Shown here one piece after another: positions 50,693-64,000 of a stretch of DNA of 64,000 bases. The stretch spans positions 310,001-374,000 of the forward strand of contig JAQGDQ010000073.1 of assembly GCA_030141605.1 (NCBI GenBank), written 5' to 3'. The notes beneath the pieces are model-generated. The model saw only the letters and a list, made by a program, of their open reading frames with translations, was not told the origin of the DNA and did not search any database. Each line of letters starts with the position of its first letter. Positions within the stretch are counted from its first letter, which is position 1. This stretch comes from Tubiluchus corallicola (lineage: Eukaryota > Animalia > Priapulida). The translations under genes were made by a program, and so were the position numbers.

Positions 50693-50704
50693 TTTGCCCG
50701 CCAA
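50693..50704 (+). promoter_or_regulatory. E2F-like site upstream of CDK1
   Basis: TTTGCCCGCCAA in an otherwise very AT-rich region. Confidence 0.45.
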
Positions 50705-51239
50705 CATGTAAAGCTAGCTACGATTTGTCAATACTTTAGGAGCGGTAACGGACGAAAGTGTGTTTATTGTATGATTGTATCGTTTTGTGAAATTTGTGTA
50801 TTCTTTCAAATTTAAGAGATAAGTAAGCATTGCGAAGTTTCTTTTTCAATTCATTTTTTCCGCAGAGATTATTTTTGGCAATTGGTTTGGTTTTTAGTTG
50901 AATCATTTTTTAATTAGCTTTCTTTTACTACGTTGTATACCTTACTTTAAAAAATTAATTTATTTTCAATAATTCAGCATTACATGATATTTTGTATTCT
51001 TGTCAAGTTTCATCAGCAAAAAACTAAAATCTGTTCTACAGTTACTAAAAGTGACACGTTTCAAAAGGTTCTTATATTTAACATAGCAAAATAAATAATC
51101 ATACGCACATAAGGTGGCTTGTGTACCTGCTATTTATTTTTTTATGTTCACGTTGTCTTTATTTTACCTACTAACATCATACTATGATTGTAGCTAGCGA
51201 AACGCAACTTTTTCATTCAACAGCTGATATGATCACAGG

Positions 51240-51726
51240 CAAGATATGATCCAGATCGATATTTAGAATCTTCAAGGGTGCTGACAAGATAGACGAGACA
51301 GTAACAAAACATTTGAACTTCAGATACGTCATAGGACATTTACTTAAAATCAATAAAAAATCTGTCTTAAAATGGGAAAGAAGACAAAATTTCTTTGCAG
51401 CTCATGTTGTATATGCCTGGAACAAGCTTACTGAGTACGTAGTGAGTGCTTCTTCAGTTTCTCAATTTAAAGCTCGATTAGATCGACTCTGGGCCAGTCA
51501 TCTGGAGAAATATATTGATCATAGACTTCCGCAGCAAGACGCTTGGATTTTTGAGAAAATTTATTGCTATCCATCCTAAAAATGAACACACTGACACTAC
51601 TTTCAGGATCGTATCGTTAGTGCCAACTATTAGAATATTCAACATGAATAAAGCATCCAGAGGAGATCAGAGGGGTAAAAAGCGGCCATTTATTCTTAAC
51701 CCCTGTTCACTCTGTAAGCTGTAAGC
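51240..51726 (+). mobile_element. CR1-clade LINE 3' end, just upstream of the first CDK1 coding exon
   Basis: GHLLKINKK...RRQNFFAAHVVYAWNKLTEYVVSASSVSQFKARLDRLW (CR1 ORF2 C-terminus), a 3' hairpin and a (TGTAAGC)2 tail. Confidence 0.85.
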
Positions 51727-52240
51727 AACACAAATTTATCCAAATTTTTTATCAGACCTATAAAAGGAAGCAATAACCCTCAAAAAAGGAAAAAACAACC
51801 TAAAGTTTTTTAGAAGGACAGATTCTTTACTTCACACTTGCTGTGTTACCACTATGCAGAGCAATAAATGTTGGTACAAAAACTTGTTGGTCTTAACCAC
51901 CTCTGTGGCAAGCTTTACACATTTGCCTAATGTGCTTGTGACTGGTGCCATTTGGTTAAGCATTGTGTTGTACGTAAATTTTAAAGTATGGGCTAGGCTA
52001 TTTTGTGCGATCTTTTATTGAAATATATATTTTCCTTATCCAAGCTAACTATATGTGTGTATTTAAATATATGATCCAAACTGTTTGTCCTTACTGTACG
52101 TCTATAACCACTGTTTTCATTTTTCTCAGTGTTTTCTTTTTGTTGGCATTCTAGTATTGGTTTGTTTTTTTTTTTGCAAAATTAATAATAAATTTGAATG
52201 TCTCTAAAATCTGGATATACTCCTGTTATTTGAATAATGA

Positions 52241-58800
<6,560 letters not shown>

Positions 58801-61415
58801 TCAGCAACAACCATTTGCTCTGTTTATGAGCTCTTTGTGGTGCCTTTGCATTTTTTTATTCATTGTTCATTATGCAATGTTGTATTCTGTTTTATTTGTG
58901 CATCTTGTTACAAGTACTTGTTTCTGTAGTCACTCGTAATTGCGCGTCTTATTAAATATGTGTAATTGTTGGTCTCTGCTAATGATTTCTGTTCTGTGAT
59001 CGACAGTGGGCATTTTTGCTTACAGGGTGTAAACAGTAGTAGATTTGCATACAGTTTTTTCTTGCTGATGTAGCTTACCTGCTGATAACATAGTTCTAAA
59101 ACAGATATTAAACCTTTTGATGATGATTGCTTGCTACTTGACAGGTGAATCATACAGAATCAACTTCTTTAAAACTTAGTGTACTAGTCAATAGCTATTA
59201 TTAAAATGTCTAACAAATTTTTCTGTATGAAATTTTGTAAATCTTTGCACAACTGTATGTATATATGGAAAGCACAGTGTGTGAAAACTTTATCCAAGGG
59301 GTCTTAAATGACTCTGATTCCTTCTCTACATAACGGTACCGGCTCATCTTATAGCATGTTGCAAAACCATTGATTGCTGTATAATTACTATTGATGAGCT
59401 AGTTAATTACCAGAATACAGTCTTTGCCAGGTTGGCCTTATTTGCACTATAATTCTCAGTTATAATTATTATTCCCATTCATTCCCAATAGCAAAACTAA
59501 GTTTGGTATTAAATTACAGGTTGCCTTATTACGGGGTTTGTCATTACCTCTGTGGTACAGAGTCACAGGCTTGGGAGTTTATCCCTAAGGTAGTTGTACA
59601 ACAAGAAAATTACTAGAAGGTATGACTTCTGTTTGGAGCTTCAAAATTTCTTCAATTTACAAACATAGTTCACATATACAATATATGATGTACGCAACCA
59701 ACTAATAGGACTTTTAATCTTCGAAATGCGATTGCATTGCAGCTTTACACTGCCTCTTCATGCCACTCGGCTGTTTTTCAGGTTCTAGCATTTCACAAGC
59801 TCTTTGTCAGTTCTTCAGAATTACTATGAATTTACTTATTATATCTGTTTTTATATGCTCTGCTTTTTATTTGTAAACATTGTACACATAATTTGTTATG
59901 TTTAGTAATCTTCATGTAGTTCATATGATGGTACATTCACTGAATTTTAGAATCATATAAATAAACCATTTTGTCAATGAAAAGTTCTATAGTTTCTACT
60001 GTCTTGTTAGTGTATCACAACAATATTATTATATTTCAGTCTAATTGTCTACTGTTATACAGCTTCCTTTTCTTGTACTTTGCAAACATGCCACTTTATT
60101 TATCTTAATCTTATATTTTGTATAACAAACGTATGTATGTGACACTGTGAAAGTAATAGGTGTGCTAAAACTGCTAAAATTAACTTGGTGATTTGGGAAA
60201 TCATAGTATATATACAGTATATATGTTCTATACAAGTTCTAAATAAACAGTTTGTTATTAGTTTTGTAATTTTGACTTCAATGTCTTCATTCTAAAGAGG
60301 TGTCAGAAAATTAACATATATCTTAATTATGTGTTTGTATTAATACGTGTATTATTGCAAATAATTTTTTTATTCATTTAATAAAACTATATCAACGCAT
60401 TAATTGGTTAAAATTAACTTTTTCTTTCAAACCCAACTGCTTTATCTAGAAAGAATGTTAAGTTTGGTGTGGCTTTTGTTATTCTTATTTGTACACAGGC
60501 AGCTCTATTTTTATTAATGATAATGAATAAAGTTGATCAAAGTTCATTGTGCTACGGGAGAACGAGTAAAAAGAGATCGACTGTGATTCATGTCATTTTC
60601 CAGTATTATATGTTTCACGTAAACTGCAGTAAGCAAACTTTCGAATGCAACATTTAGCAAATGCTATTGAATTAATATGCATAGGTTTGAATGTGTTTGG
60701 TTTACCAAAAAGTTTGTTAATATTTGTCCAGTAATTAAGCCATCACTTAGTAACTCCTCATTAGCAAAAAGTGCAACACTAACAGATCTTGTCAGAATAA
60801 CAAGCAAAAAGTAAGACGATAGAAAAGGACGACTATTTGCGTTTTGTATGGATGGAGTGCAGAAAATGTCTGCAGTGCTACAGATGTTGCACGTTATGCT
60901 AAATCTTTAAATTTAAATGATATGCAAATGACTCAAGGCACTCAGGAAAAAATACCTATCATATAATCTTTTCGAACAATACTATTGCCGATTTTTGCAT
61001 TATCAGTTCTTGCCATTGGAATGCATCTCAATGCTTTTAAGCTACATTTCCCATAGAATATATGGTTTCATTTAATCGCGCGAAGTTACACTGGAATGCA
61101 TTACCCCCAGGTTGAGCCAGAACTGACTGTACTTTAATGATTAACACAATTACTGGATGAAACTTATCTAATAAACAATATATTCGCAACTTGTAAAAAG
61201 ACGATTCATAAAGAAAATGTTTATTGACTATGTACAAATTGGGCTTTTCACTTGAAATCTTGTTTAATAATCTGCTACTTGGACTTCAAAGCTTTGTTGT
61301 CAAGATACCAAAGATAGCTAAATCAAGCAGAAATGCATTTCAGAAAATCCTCACAAAACTTTGAAGCCAATGGTCCTGACTATGTTAACACCTGTAATTT
61401 GCTGTATCATAACAT

Positions 61416-64000
61416 TTAATTAATAGCGCTTTCTTTTTCGTCTAGTTCCTCTTTTTCTGCATCTTCCATCTCTCGTTCTTCCTTTTCCACAGCTTTGCGT
61501 TTGCTCGCTTCATTTTTGTAGATGGCAGCAATGTCAATTAAAAAATGTTCGAGTGAAGGAGGGCACGTGACGAAAGCCTTTGTAATGAATTCCTTGGACA
61601 CTGCAAAACAAGTTAGTGACTATTTTGAGTTAATGGAATAATTGTTATCACTGGATTAAATAAATTTGTAGTTCTCTGCCTGGAACAGCCTAGGGCCTTT
61701 TTATTGCCTATGATTGCACACATAAAATTCATTAATGTCTGATGTCACAGACTAAACATGCACAAATCAGTAATAAGCAAAATGAGAAATTTTTGAAAGT
61801 ATCACGACCACTTATTTTTGACTATGTAATCTCCAGTGGTAAGAAATTTAACTAACAACTTTCGGACAAGTATTAAATAATCTTATTACACGGTCTTCAA
61901 TTTGGAATACTATGGTTCTTTAGAGTCTAGACCTAAACAGCATAATGTAACATGCATTTCAAAAACCAAATTTTTCCCAAAACTTACATGATTTAGCCGG
62001 TTTGTGCGACATCACAGCATAGATCATAGTAGCAATATTTTCCTCTAGTTCTCTTGTAGGCATGTCTAACTGCAAAAACAAAATAACAATATAGACACCA
62101 TTACTGATGCAAAGGCACTTCAGCACCTAATGTCCACTGATAAAGTTTAACATGGAAATATAAAATACCTGATGTTTGTTTAATGTGGCAACATGACTGT
62201 AATGTGTTTTGCAAACAACAAAACCATGCAAGATTGCACGTGTAAATTCAATTAAGTTCAATTCAAATTTTTATTCTGGTAACTAAGACCATATAAAATA
62301 CAAATACAGTATAAAATGAAATAAAAAATAGAAAATTAAAATGCAAAGACAGGGTTAGTAAATTAAGAGTTAAATAAATTTTAGAAACTAATTTTGTACT
62401 ATTTCTTTCCATTTCAGCAGTTATAATACCATTGCTAGTGTGGAGCAATAACCGGTTGCAAATGCTATAACATGATATTCTGCGAATCTGACTAAAATAG
62501 GGTAGAGATAGACACGTGCCAGAAGTACTACTATCATGTAAAGCTCATGTAACTTAAAATTCTATAATAATAACAATAATAATAATAATAATAATAATAT
62601 TTATTTAAAGTCGGCTTTTGGATCAACAATTAACATTAGCTCAAAGAGCTATTATCGCCGACTGTAAATAACAACCTACAACTACATAACAAAGACTATT
62701 ATTACCCCACTTTTACCCTAAATCCACAGGGCAACAGCAGGTACCATTTTTAAAGTCTTTGGTATGACTCGGCTGCTGGTTCGAACTCACGACCTCCCAG
62801 ACGTAAAGCAGACACATTACCACTAGACTAAACCGTCTGGTCAATTATTAACACATGTAATCAATTATGAAAATACCTGACAACACCAGAATTAAAGATA
62901 TAGCCATACAAATTCTAAAGGACTACAGGCATAGTCATAATTTGTTTGATTGCTCAGTTTACACTAAAACGTAAATGCAGTAACAACATCAACAGCAACA
63001 AAGATGTGTCTTTTAATGATGAGCAACAGATATTTACACTTCACATTAAACATAGAAGTGCATTAGTTTCTATAATTGTAAAATAATATAACTTTGTATA
63101 TTCAATTACATTTGTAGGTGAAAACATATGTAACTGTTAAGTTAATAAAGTTATTCATAAAAAGTGGAATCATTGATCAATTAAAGCATTATTGAATAAC
63201 GTTCTCAGTTGGGCATGCTCGTGCATGTATATCATCATTAGCGATGCCAGTGGAATACATTCATTTATCTAGAGGTGCAAGCATTTGTCACCAAAAACAA
63301 GTTATCTAATTCTTACCTTTATTAATCTAATTACAGAATACATCAATACTCCTCATCTAAAATCAATACTAGATTTGATTTTCTGGATGTAGTCTATGGA
63401 CTATGCAATCACACAGTGAGCTTCTTCATCAGTGAGTTTGATCAGTTATATAATCTTAGGAATTTACATTTCTGCACTTGTCTGGTATAAATTTAAAACT
63501 TTAAGTTAGTTTAAGTTTATTAATTTATAAAGCCCACTATCTATAATGCAATATTCTAAGGGGCTGTACAGTGCACAGAAAATACAAATTCTGACAGTTA
63601 ATAAAAAAACATTAATATAATACTGGTATAAAACATTAATCCTAAAAGTTGAAATTAGCAAACTGTTGTTAGTAAAACTGGGAAATATTAAAATTTATGT
63701 AAAATAAAGCTATAACAGTTCATATGCAATTGTAAATAAAACAGTTTTCACCAGTGATTTGAAAAAAGCAAAAGAAAATTCAGAATGTATATGAACTTCC
63801 AAGGAATTCCTCAAATTTAGTGCACCATGAGAGAATGCCTTTGAATCTTGATCCCGCTTTAGTTTTGCCTGTAGGTACCCAAGTGATGACTGATTTAATG
63901 CCAGAATGTATATATTCTGCCTGGTCAATTTATGGTAATTGGCATATGGTATATTCTGCTCGTTTATGGTAACTTACCGTTCCTACTTTGGTCACGACGT
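61416..64000 (-). CDS. MRPL1: Mitochondrial ribosomal protein uL1m, 3' end (gene continues beyond the window)
   Basis: Exons >64000-63978, 62069-61988 and 61600-61416 join as VVTKVGT|LDMPTRELEENIATMIYAVMSHKPAKS|LSKEFITKAFVTCPPSLEHFLID...acidic tail*. This matches the TKI(A/G)TLDM...LEEN...RP...FIT...PPS.E C-terminus of animal MRPL1. Confidence 0.85.
62566..62842 (-). mobile_element. tRNA-derived SINE
   Basis: Minus strand: A box TAGTCTAGTGG, B box GAGTTCGAACC, central GTCATACCAAAGACTTTAAAAATGGTACCTGCTG (from memory resembles the MetaSINE central domain), AATAAA and a (TTA)n tail. Confidence 0.85.
63512..63930 (-). mobile_element. L2-type LINE 3' end in an MRPL1 intron
   Basis: DSKAFSHGALNLRNSLEVHIHSEFSFAFFKSLVKTVLF (compare GDRAFS.AAP.LWNSLP..IR....FK..LKT.LF), followed by an L2-like 3' terminus and AATAAA. 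Confidence 0.7.

Overview
AT-rich, intron-containing genomic DNA from an invertebrate-type metazoan. The taxon cannot be fixed from sequence alone. Five spliced genes were reconstructed by hand from GT-AG boundaries and reading-frame continuity: (1) the 3' part of an SLC35F6-like transporter (+, ends 4477); (2) a complete IRF transcription factor (-, 17421..11354, 294 aa) with a deviant DNA-binding domain and a candidate in-frame cassette exon; (3) a complete mitochondrial glutamate dehydrogenase (-, 42323..30829, 10 coding exons, 536 aa); (4) a complete CDK1 (+, 52283..58800, 301 aa) with a CDE/CHR-like promoter element; (5) the 3' end of MRPL1 (-, runs off the window). Between and inside the genes are LINE relics (CR1, L2, RTE), a tRNA-derived SINE, non-autonomous DNA transposons with readable TIRs and TSDs (hAT, Tc1/mariner, pogo/Tigger, and a TG..CA element with a 5-bp TSD), microsatellites, and a (TA)n tract carrying templated insertions. 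No CRISPR array, intact tRNA/rRNA gene or intact autonomous transposon was seen. Most short ORFs in the ORF track are spurious. No alignments or database searches were run, so family assignments come from recalled motifs.
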